From the IMG/VR virus record IMGVR_UViG_3300027759_003166: a stretch of DNA of 64,000 nt, one strand, 5' to 3'. Each line of letters opens with the position of its first letter. The stretch's first letter is position 1. Shown here piece after piece: positions 27,218-36,062 of this stretch. The stretch is from a virus (lineage: Duplodnaviria > Caudoviricetes). Both the position numbers and the translations under genes were made by a program. A model generated the notes under the pieces. It searched no databases and was not told the origin of the DNA. It was given only the letters and a program-made list of their open reading frames with translations.

Positions 27218-28128
27218 ATCTCAGTTTGCTCGTCTTCTTCAATACTTGTTTCTTCTGATTTGGGTTGTCTAAAGTGTTTATACAGTTCAGCTTGGCGAGC
27301 AGTTTCTTCTGCATATTCTTGTTGATACTGTCGAGTCATACTTGGAGTTAATCCTGCTTCCTCTAGCATATCATCTCTAATGTTTTGATTTTTCTTTTCA
27401 ATATTTAGAACACGGGTAAATGAGTTAGTAACTGCTGCGGTATAGTAGGCAAATGGATTTTCTGATTTGCTTTCATCAAACTGTAATCCAATTTGACTTA
27501 ACTGTAGAATAGCTTGCCCCCGCATTTCTTCATTGTAGGTATACCCACGCCAATTGCTACGTTGAGCATAACGTTCACTTAGTTTAATAAACATCTTGCC
27601 CAAGTTTTCAGTAATGCGTCCGTGATCCTTGGAAAACTTACCTGTATCAAGCGGGCCCTTCCAGTGACTCTTTCCAACACATATTAGTTCGTCTTGATCA
27701 TTAAATTTCCAATGTTGGAATGGAGGGAAGTTTACTTTTTCATGACTATCTGCGGTATTCTTTAGAGTTTTCTTACGACCCGGCGCCATAGGAACGTGCT
27801 CAAAAGTCATAATACGGATAACAATATCAGTTTTGGCTATAGTTTTATAGTCTGCTGTACACTCAGCGAGTTTAATTTTCTTATCACCGGCTATTCTTGC
27901 TTGTCCAAAAGCCAGGATACCTTGACGTTTTGCACGATTACGTTTAGCTTCTGCTATAGTTCGGATATTAACTTTATCTAAATTTGTTAAAATGATATCG
28001 TGTTGTTGGTAGTTGGGCGATGTATAACTACCAAATGAGCATTTACTTTTATGAATCTCTGCTAATAAATCTCGATTGTTTAGGTATTTTACCTTTTTTC
28101 CAGTCAGGGATATATGTGTTGTAGTCAT
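27214..28128 (-). CDS. gp55: Late-transcription sigma factor (gp55-like)
   Basis: YLNNRDLL, NWRGYTYNEEM, FDESKSENPFAYYT...SFTRVLNIEKK resemble T4 gp55; ATAAATA motifs precede the structural genes. Confidence 0.85.
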   Translation of the reverse strand: MTTTHISLTGKKVKYLNNRDLLAEIHKSKCSFGSYTSPNYQQHDIILTNLDKVNIRTIAEAKRNRAKRQGILAFGQARIAGDKKIKLAECTADYKTIAKTDIVIRIMTFEHVPMAPGRKKTLKNTADSHEKVNFPPFQHWKFNDQDELICVGKSHWKGPLDTGKFSKDHGRITENLGKMFIKLSERYAQRSNWRGYTYNEEMRGQAILQLSQIGLQFDESKSENPFAYYTAAVTNSFTRVLNIEKKNQNIRDDMLEEAGLTPSMTRQYQQEYAEETARQAELYKHFRQPKSEETSIEEDEQTEI

Positions 28129-28156
28129 TGTTATTATTATTTTCCTTGGTTATAAC

Positions 28157-28184
28157 ATTATAACAGTTATAATTCAAATGTCAA
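28157..28184 (-). promoter_or_regulatory. Consensus sigma70 promoter TTGACA-16-TATAAT upstream of the gp55-like gene
   Basis: -35 at 28184-28179, -10 at 28162-28157. Confidence 0.7.
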
Positions 28185-28246
28185 CGATAATGTTATAAGA
28201 GCACTTTATTTATTGGTTAAATACACTATACAAGGAATTATAAATT

Positions 28247-29065
28247 ATGGACACAACGCCTATCATGCCTAATACATTAGCAGGCACCGCAGCTGATTTT
28301 AAAGTACCATCGGATACGGATATTCAAGCGGCTGCAAGGATTAAAAGACAAGGTGCTGCACCAATTGGTGAACGAGTAGTACCAGGAGTACCTCCCGGTG
28401 CCCAACCTACCCCTACGGTACTTACTGAAGTAATTGTACAATCCAACACCACGGTTGATCATTTAATAAAATATGGAGATCAACGAGTCAAGTTACGAGT
28501 ACCTCCTAAGTATCTAGGTAATCCTGGTGGAGCCTCATTTAATTCTGTATTAGCATCTTTTGGTGGAATAATATTTCCTTATACTCCACAAATTTCTTAT
28601 GAGAATAATGCTGATTGGTCAGAAATAAAACCCTTACATTCAAATTTTAATATTCCTTTTTATCAAAGAAGTGCTGTAAGTAATATTACTCTTAACGCTA
28701 AGTTTACAGTATCTAATTCCACAGAGGCCGACATTTATATTGCAACAGTACATTTATTAAGAGCATTAACAAAAATGAGATTTGGAGGAGCTTCCAACGG
28801 TGATACAGATAGTGGATCATCGCCACCTATTTGTCGATTAGATGCATATGGTACCTCTATGTTAAAAAATGTACCAGTAGCTATAAAAAGTGTTCGTATA
28901 GAGTTGCCTAATGATGTTGATTATTTTAGTGCAGATGAAAGATTTTCAGTTCCGACTATTTCTATTATAGCATTAACCTTACTACCAGTATACAGCCGAG
29001 CAGAGATGCAGAAATTCTCAGTTAGCGGGTACCTTGAAAACTCACTTGGTGAAGGATATATTTAA
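28247..29065 (+). CDS. Baseplate tail-tube initiator/cap-like protein (gp48/gp54-like)
   Basis: GIIFPYTPQI, SPPICRLDAYG...NVPVAIKS pattern of tube-fold proteins; position before the gp53-like gene. Confidence 0.6.
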   Translation: MDTTPIMPNTLAGTAADFKVPSDTDIQAAARIKRQGAAPIGERVVPGVPPGAQPTPTVLTEVIVQSNTTVDHLIKYGDQRVKLRVPPKYLGNPGGASFNSVLASFGGIIFPYTPQISYENNADWSEIKPLHSNFNIPFYQRSAVSNITLNAKFTVSNSTEADIYIATVHLLRALTKMRFGGASNGDTDSGSSPPICRLDAYGTSMLKNVPVAIKSVRIELPNDVDYFSADERFSVPTISIIALTLLPVYSRAEMQKFSVSGYLENSLGEGYI

Positions 29066-29358
29066 TGTATAGCAAAACTAGCCCATATTACAACACTTCA
29101 ATAGATAATGGGTATCTTGATGTTATGTCGTTTCGTGATATTCCATACGAAACTGATGATATATTATTTGAAGTAACTGCTACCTATGAAAATAGACCAG
29201 ACTTACTTGCTCATGATCTTTATCAAGACTCTACATTATGGTGGGTATTTGCTATGCGTAATAAAACCGTTATTAAAGATCCAGTATATGATCTAGTGGC
29301 CGGTGCAAAAATATACCTTCCTAAAAAATCTACATTAGTTTCAGTGTTAGGAATATAA
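29065..29358 (+). CDS. Baseplate wedge protein (gp53-like, LysM-related)
   Basis: YENRPDLLAHDLYQDSTLWWVF. Confidence 0.75.
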   Translation: MYSKTSPYYNTSIDNGYLDVMSFRDIPYETDDILFEVTATYENRPDLLAHDLYQDSTLWWVFAMRNKTVIKDPVYDLVAGAKIYLPKKSTLVSVLGI

Positions 29359-29361
29359 TAT

Positions 29362-31773
29362 ATGGGCGTTAATATACTTGGAGATCAAACAGGCTTTGAA
29401 TCGTCTGATGATGTTGAACGAACTACCGAAGGCAACTCTGCTAATAATGCAGCCCCGCCAATAGTTAATCTTTCTGGTGAAGGTAATGTTTTTAACAAGT
29501 ATAGATCAATAACTTATAAATTTACATTATCAGCACTTGAAGAGAGACATCTTAAAGATCCTACTACATATAGAGATAGTGATCTAAAATTAATCATATT
29601 AGAATCTGGTGGCAAAGGCTCTGCAAATATGTTTCGTACTGTATCCACTAAGGATTCTGCTGCTGACCCATCTGGGACAGGAGTTGCTGACTCAGTAGCG
29701 TTTGGTGTAAACGCTCGTCGAGACGGTGGGATACAACGACAAAGACTTGCTCAATCAATGCCTGGAGCAGGTAGTGCAACATCTGGTACAGCAGGCGACA
29801 AAGCAGCAGCACGTTCACGAAGAAATTCTGGAGCACTAGGATACAAAGTTGGTCAATTATTTAATGGATTCAATACTGATAGTCCTGGTAGATTTGATAT
29901 GTTTATGGAGAATGTTGAAATTGAAAATATGATGGCTCCATGTCAAGAAAACAATATGACAACCGCTCAGAAAATTAAATTTGATGTTATTGAGCCGTAC
30001 AGTATTAATGGATTTATAGAAGCATTGCATGTGGCGTCGGTAGCAGCAGGGTATCCTAGTTATCAGAATGCTGTATTTTTACTTAAAATTGAATTTTGGG
30101 GATATCCAGATGGTAAAGATTTTCCAGATCCTGTAAAAATTCCTAATACTGATAGATATTTTCCAATGTCAATTAATGAGGCTAACATTGAGATCACTGA
30201 AAAAGGTACATTGTATAGATGCAATGCTGTTCCTTATAATGAAAGAGGATTTGGGCATCCTAGTATAACTAAAAAACCTATAAAAATGGAAGGGTCCACT
30301 GTCGGAGAAGTTTTAAAGAATTTATTTAAATCACTTGATGAAGAATCCAAAGCAATACAAAAACTCGAAGATGAAGAATCAGGTGTTAAATCTAAAGATT
30401 ATGATCGATATGAGATTAAATTTCCAATGTGGGACGAAAAGCTAGGATGGGATTATACCAAAGAAAATTCTATAGTCAACAGCAAAATGGGCGATGTACT
30501 CACTTCGGAAGTTTTAGTTGAGATGAATGATCCTGATAATGCAGATGGGAACAATGCATATAAAGCCAATAATGCAAAAAAACCCAATCCTAGTGATCCT
30601 CCAAAGTCTGTGCCTCGAACAAGAAATTCTGTAGTTCAATTTAATCAAGATCGCACTATCAGTGAAGTTATAAGTGCTGTTATCAGAGATAGTGATTATG
30701 TCCCACAGCTATTAAAAGGTTTAACGGAAAAAGGAAATAAGGTTAAAGATCAATATGGGTTTGTTGATTATTGGCTGATTAGAATAGAAATTATTAATTC
30801 AAAAGAAATCAATCAATTAGGCAAAAAACCTTTCCAAACATTTAGATTTATTGTATCTAAATATAAAATTCATTATACTCGTATACCAGGGTACGGAAGA
30901 GAACGTATCAACTCGAAAGATTTAGAAAAAATAAGCAATCGAGATTATAATTGGTTATACACAGGAAAAAATATTGATGTTTTAAATTTTAAACTTAATT
31001 TTAATAACTTATATTTTGAAGCAATTCCATTTAATAACGGTGGAAAGCCTACTTCAGGAACCGCAGATAAAGGAAGACCCGGCGAAGTAGTTAACATTAA
31101 ACTAAAAGAGCCTGCCGAAAATACTACCGTTCAGGGAAATAGAGAAACTGGTCAAATCCCTGATCCTGCTGTTAAAGTTATATCAACTAGAATACAGGCA
31201 AATTACACAGGTAATTCAGGACAACCAAAAGAAGATCCTTATGCGTTATTGGCTAGAACTATGTATGATGCAGTAATTAATTCTAATGCAAGTATGCTAA
31301 CAGGAGAACTTGAGATAATAGGTGATCCGTTTTATCTTGGAACAGCAGGCGCAGGCAATTTTAATCCCAAACCTGCCCAAAGAGGACAAACTGAAACTGG
31401 AGAAATAAATCAACATTATGGTGCTGTTATAATTACTATTACATTTAGGAACCCAGAAGATATTAATAGTTTTGAAGATGGCGGTATGATGAGGTTTGAT
31501 AGAAATCGTGTTCCATTTAGTGGTGCGTATCAAGTGAACACCGTACTTCATACATTTAAAGATGGGTTATTCAAACAAAAATTAAATGTTTTAAGAATTC
31601 CAGGACAAGTATTAGATTCGGATCTACGCAGCAGTGATCCTGCTGATAGAATGACTACTAAACCTAAACCAGGTTCTCAAGTATTACCAGACACTAGCAG
31701 AGCAGGTGGTTCGCCGCCTCCTAGTGCTAATGGAGGAACTGTTCCTTTAAGCAGTTTACCAGAAGGAAGATAA
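29362..31773 (+). CDS. Baseplate hub protein (gp27/gpD-like)
   Basis: 803 aa; GELEIIGDPFYL and GAYQVNTVLHTFKDGLFKQKL are typical of hub C-termini. Confidence 0.6.
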   Translation: MGVNILGDQTGFESSDDVERTTEGNSANNAAPPIVNLSGEGNVFNKYRSITYKFTLSALEERHLKDPTTYRDSDLKLIILESGGKGSANMFRTVSTKDSAADPSGTGVADSVAFGVNARRDGGIQRQRLAQSMPGAGSATSGTAGDKAAARSRRNSGALGYKVGQLFNGFNTDSPGRFDMFMENVEIENMMAPCQENNMTTAQKIKFDVIEPYSINGFIEALHVASVAAGYPSYQNAVFLLKIEFWGYPDGKDFPDPVKIPNTDRYFPMSINEANIEITEKGTLYRCNAVPYNERGFGHPSITKKPIKMEGSTVGEVLKNLFKSLDEESKAIQKLEDEESGVKSKDYDRYEIKFPMWDEKLGWDYTKENSIVNSKMGDVLTSEVLVEMNDPDNADGNNAYKANNAKKPNPSDPPKSVPRTRNSVVQFNQDRTISEVISAVIRDSDYVPQLLKGLTEKGNKVKDQYGFVDYWLIRIEIINSKEINQLGKKPFQTFRFIVSKYKIHYTRIPGYGRERINSKDLEKISNRDYNWLYTGKNIDVLNFKLNFNNLYFEAIPFNNGGKPTSGTADKGRPGEVVNIKLKEPAENTTVQGNRETGQIPDPAVKVISTRIQANYTGNSGQPKEDPYALLARTMYDAVINSNASMLTGELEIIGDPFYLGTAGAGNFNPKPAQRGQTETGEINQHYGAVIITITFRNPEDINSFEDGGMMRFDRNRVPFSGAYQVNTVLHTFKDGLFKQKLNVLRIPGQVLDSDLRSSDPADRMTTKPKPGSQVLPDTSRAGGSPPPSANGGTVPLSSLPEGR

Positions 31774-31775
31774 TA

Positions 31776-33266
31776 ATGAATGTCGAAATGCCCGATGGTA
31801 CCGTAGTTAAAGATGTTCCAAGTAATGCCACACAGGCAGAAGTGTGGGAATTATATCGTCAACAAAAACCGTCATCACAACAAGATGCAAATAATCCATC
31901 AAAAACAATAGTTGCCAGTAATGCATCATTTAGTTTACCTATAAAGCCTGGAACAGATTTAATAGCAGGATTAAATCAAACACCTGGAATAAGTAATTTA
32001 CTAAACAAAGCATCATCGATTGTAGGAACAGCATTACCATCTACTAAAGATTTAACATCTAACATAAGATTAAACACATCAGGATTAGCTAGTCTTGGAC
32101 AAGCTGCATTAGCTGGACTAGGTGCAGCAGCAACTGTGGCCACAGTTGCAAACTTATTAAAAAGTGACCCTTCGAAGAACGGTTTAACAGGATTAATTGG
32201 TGGAGCCCTGGCAACATCTGCAATCGGCACCCTTCGCAATATAGCCAATCAAGGGTCTGGTATAGGCAAAGGTGCTACAATATCAATAACTCCAAGAACA
32301 GGCCCACCGGGTATATATACATCAAATGAACTTAAACAAGGATTAGATATTAGCTCTACATCGTTGTCGGCAGGCAGTGTATCCAATGCTGCATCTGTTA
32401 TTGGTTCTAATATAATTAACACCGCGAAAGATATAGGCGGCGCAGCCAATAACATCATAAAAGGAGTTGGTGATAAAATTAATTCACTAACGTCTATGCC
32501 AACGGACCCAAATGCCATTGCTGCTAAAGTTGGGTTAGACCCTACTAAATTATCAGGACTTGTAGGTGCAGCAGGTATAGGTGGATTATTTCAGAGTAAA
32601 TTGCCTTCGCAAGTTACTGCTATACTTGATAACATTCCAAAAAATGTAAATTTAGAGCAATTAAAAAATCAAGGATTGGTATTAGATTTTATTCCTGTTA
32701 AGAAAATTGGGAATATTCCAGCAGCGCCACCGTTTGCTACTGCTCCTATTGCACAGCCTGATCCTGCATATCTTAAACAGGTAGTTGCCCAAGGCGGGCC
32801 CAAAGCATTGCAAAATTTATTTGGTGTTAATAGTATGAGTAAACTATCTACTAATTTAGTATCAGGCGACCTAATAGCATCTGCTGAACAATCATTATCC
32901 AATGAAAGACTTAATCCGTTTGGTAATTTATCAAAACTAACCAATGGTGTGGATATAACTGCTTTTACAGATAAAGTTGGCTCGGTAAAAGCAGGGTTAA
33001 CTAGTTTACCAGGATTTGCTGCAAATCTTAATATACCAGACATGAATATTACTGGATCTGTTGCCGACAAGTTTGGAAGTTCATTATCAATAAAAAATCC
33101 AATTGCATCATTAATTGGTAACACTCCTCTTTCTCCACCATATTCAGGAACTGACCCGTCAATTAGGTCAAGACTAGGAATGCCATCATTAGGCAATGCA
33201 TCTATTGCCGCATACATACCGTCAGTAAGTAAGCCGCCAACTGATTTAACAGATTTTTACGGATAA
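31776..33266 (+). CDS. Hypothetical A/G/S/L-rich virion-associated protein
   Basis: 496-aa ORF within the baseplate operon. Confidence 0.65.
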   Translation: MNVEMPDGTVVKDVPSNATQAEVWELYRQQKPSSQQDANNPSKTIVASNASFSLPIKPGTDLIAGLNQTPGISNLLNKASSIVGTALPSTKDLTSNIRLNTSGLASLGQAALAGLGAAATVATVANLLKSDPSKNGLTGLIGGALATSAIGTLRNIANQGSGIGKGATISITPRTGPPGIYTSNELKQGLDISSTSLSAGSVSNAASVIGSNIINTAKDIGGAANNIIKGVGDKINSLTSMPTDPNAIAAKVGLDPTKLSGLVGAAGIGGLFQSKLPSQVTAILDNIPKNVNLEQLKNQGLVLDFIPVKKIGNIPAAPPFATAPIAQPDPAYLKQVVAQGGPKALQNLFGVNSMSKLSTNLVSGDLIASAEQSLSNERLNPFGNLSKLTNGVDITAFTDKVGSVKAGLTSLPGFAANLNIPDMNITGSVADKFGSSLSIKNPIASLIGNTPLSPPYSGTDPSIRSRLGMPSLGNASIAAYIPSVSKPPTDLTDFYG

Positions 33267-33271
33267 AATAA

Positions 33272-35572
33272 ATGACAGAAGATATACGATCGCATGGTTC
33301 AAGAGATAGCCGAGATTCACCTGGCCCGTTCCTTGCTGAGGTAACAAACCACGTTGACTCTACTTATATGGGAATGTTAGAAGTTGCGTTAATAGGAGGT
33401 ATGCCCAATTCTCCTAAGGTAAAAGCTGAAACTTTTGTTGTTAGATATCTAAGTCCGTTCTCTGGTGTTACTTCTAGTAGATACGAAGGAACCAATAGTA
33501 GTGATTTTAATGATGTACAAAAAAGTTATGGATTTTGGATGGTTCCTCCTGATGTAGGATCTCGTGTTATGGTGTTGTTCATTGACGGAGATCGCAATCA
33601 AGGATATTGGATTGGTTGTGTATCTGATATGTTTCAAAATCATATGATACCAGGCATTGCCGCTAGCAAGCAAGTAAAGATGACCGATGAGCAACGTAGA
33701 AAATATGGAACAGATAATCTTCCAGTTGCCGAATTTCATAAAAGATCTCAAGATTTAAAAAATCCAAATCCTCAAAAATGGGCCAAACCAATACATCCAT
33801 TTGCTGATAGATTAATGCAACAAGGTCTGCTGTTAGACACAATAAGGGGTGTTACGTCTAGCGGTGCTCGTAGAGAAGTTCCTAGCAGTGTATTTGGAAT
33901 ATCAACACCAGGCCCAGTAGATGATAGCCCTGGGGCCAAAAGAGGACATATTGGCTACGGTGCAGGAACACGAGCACCTGTAAGCAGATTAGGCGGAACT
34001 ACGTTTGTTATGGATGATGGGGACGTTAATGGTCAAAATGAATTAGTAAGATTACGTACAAGAACAGGGCATCAGATACTAATGCATAATAGTCAAGATT
34101 TAATCTACATTGGTAATAGCAAAGGAACAACGTGGATTGAATTAACATCACAAGGCAAGATTGATATATATGCACAAGATTCTGTAAGCATACATTCAGA
34201 ACAAGATTTTAATTTCCGAGCTGATAGAGATATTAATATTGAAGCAGGCCGCAATATTAATGTCAAAGCAGGTAAGAACATGGAAACAAATATTACAGGT
34301 TATAATTATCTTACTGTAGATGGCGATCAAAAAATTGCTGTTAGAGGAGCACACGATGAAACTATTGGAGATGCAGTTAAAATTACAGTAGGTAATAGTT
34401 ATAATTTAAGTTCAACAAATGATATAAAACAATCTGCAGAAGGAACAATTAATTTTTCAGCAGAGGGCAATCTTAATTTAGGTACAGCAGCACAAATGAA
34501 TCTAGGCGCCAATGGTAATATTTTAGGATCGGGTGCTAATATACATTGGAACGGTCCGGCAGCACTTGCTCCTGCTCAAGCAGATGCTGCTACTATGCCA
34601 CCACAATTGCCATTGTTTAGTTTACCTAATAGAGATGTATCAGCAGGATGGGCCAATGGGATATTTTATAATACTAGTCCTATTAAATCTATTATGCAAC
34701 GTGTTCCTACTCACGAGCCGTGGCAACAACATGAAAATCTTAATCCACAACAATTTTCTGCTGCTGCCACTGATGTTACGTTAGCCAATACACCAAGTTC
34801 TAGCAGAGCAGCCGCCGGAGTCCCTCCCAATCCAGCATCAGAATCTCAAACACCTGCTAATCAACCAGACATTGTTCCAGGAACTTGTACACCTGAATAT
34901 TCTAAAGATACTAATGCTGCTTCAGCACAAGCAGGTATTGCAGCAATTAAAGCAGCCTGTGCAAAATATGGGTTAACAAGTCCATATGCAGTAGCTTCAT
35001 TGTTAGGAATTGTAGGCGGTGAATGTCTTTGGAAAGCATCAGAAGGCAATTACAATTATACTGCTGATAGATTGCTTTATGTGTTCCCAAGTGTATTCAA
35101 GGGTGATAAAGAATTGGCGCAAAAGTATGCCGGCAATCCTAATAATAGTTTACCTGAATTCTTATATGGTTCTACCACAGACAAAGGCAAATCATTGGGT
35201 AATACACAACCCGGCGATGGTCTCAAATATATTGAAAGAGGGTATATTCAATTATTAGGCAGGGCCAATTATACCAAGTATGGTCCTATGGTAGGCAAAG
35301 ACCTACTCAATAGTCCTGAATTATTAAACGATTCTGCAATTGCGGCAGAAGTTAGCGTCAAATATATGTTAGACAAATGTAAACTTGAACAAACAGATAC
35401 CGGATACTTTGAAGCTGCTATTAAAGCTGTTGGACATAACACCACTGACATCTATGCTAGAAAGAAAGGCTATTATGAATGCTTCTTAGGGCAATTAAAA
35501 GGTGGAACACTGAGCGCCGGCAATAAAGGAATAGTAACTGATAGCAGCGGAAAACCTATTCCTAACGGTTAA
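33272..35572 (+). CDS. gp5: Baseplate spike/hub gp5-like protein with a C-terminal GH19-like lysin domain
   Basis: OB-fold WMVPPDVGSRV, RLRTRTGHQILM...WIELTSQGKID, beta-helix repeats, and C-terminal ERGYIQLLGRANY. Confidence 0.8.
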   Translation: MTEDIRSHGSRDSRDSPGPFLAEVTNHVDSTYMGMLEVALIGGMPNSPKVKAETFVVRYLSPFSGVTSSRYEGTNSSDFNDVQKSYGFWMVPPDVGSRVMVLFIDGDRNQGYWIGCVSDMFQNHMIPGIAASKQVKMTDEQRRKYGTDNLPVAEFHKRSQDLKNPNPQKWAKPIHPFADRLMQQGLLLDTIRGVTSSGARREVPSSVFGISTPGPVDDSPGAKRGHIGYGAGTRAPVSRLGGTTFVMDDGDVNGQNELVRLRTRTGHQILMHNSQDLIYIGNSKGTTWIELTSQGKIDIYAQDSVSIHSEQDFNFRADRDINIEAGRNINVKAGKNMETNITGYNYLTVDGDQKIAVRGAHDETIGDAVKITVGNSYNLSSTNDIKQSAEGTINFSAEGNLNLGTAAQMNLGANGNILGSGANIHWNGPAALAPAQADAATMPPQLPLFSLPNRDVSAGWANGIFYNTSPIKSIMQRVPTHEPWQQHENLNPQQFSAAATDVTLANTPSSSRAAAGVPPNPASESQTPANQPDIVPGTCTPEYSKDTNAASAQAGIAAIKAACAKYGLTSPYAVASLLGIVGGECLWKASEGNYNYTADRLLYVFPSVFKGDKELAQKYAGNPNNSLPEFLYGSTTDKGKSLGNTQPGDGLKYIERGYIQLLGRANYTKYGPMVGKDLLNSPELLNDSAIAAEVSVKYMLDKCKLEQTDTGYFEAAIKAVGHNTTDIYARKKGYYECFLGQLKGGTLSAGNKGIVTDSSGKPIPNG

Positions 35573-35578
35573 TAAATA
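35572..35578 (+). promoter_or_regulatory. Late promoter core ATAAATA
   Basis: Directly upstream of the gp25-like ATG; a second copy at 36042-36048 precedes the gp6-like gene. Confidence 0.5.
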
Positions 35579-35582
35579 TATT

Positions 35583-36020
35583 ATGCCTTACAAAAATCTT
35601 GAAATTAATCCAGTACAGTATAGTGATCAACACACTAATCAGTTAAATCAATACTATCAAGGATTCAGCACAGTTGATCCAACTAATCGAGGATCTAAAC
35701 TCTACGATTTTGATCTAATTAAACAAAATATACTTAATCAATTCAATACTCGTAAAGGTCAACGAGTAATGAATCCTACGTTTGGATCTATTATATGGGA
35801 TATATTAATGGAGCCATTAACTCCACAAATCAGTGAGTTAATTAAACAAGATATTAGTATTATTTGTAATTCAGATCCTAGAGTATATCCTTTAGTAATG
35901 AATGTCAACGAATATCCACAAGGGTATCTAATTGAAATAACATTAGCAATAAAGAACACGAATCAAACTTCTAATCTAAGATTGGCATTTGATCAAAAGA
36001 TTGGATTAGTTGTACAATAA
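35583..36020 (+). CDS. gp25: Baseplate wedge subunit gp25-like
   Basis: IKQNILNQFNTRKGQRVMNPTFGSII...EPL. Confidence 0.85.
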   Translation: MPYKNLEINPVQYSDQHTNQLNQYYQGFSTVDPTNRGSKLYDFDLIKQNILNQFNTRKGQRVMNPTFGSIIWDILMEPLTPQISELIKQDISIICNSDPRVYPLVMNVNEYPQGYLIEITLAIKNTNQTSNLRLAFDQKIGLVVQ

Positions 36021-36062
36021 TCTACTCACTTAATTACATCAATAAATACGGTATAAACTATT

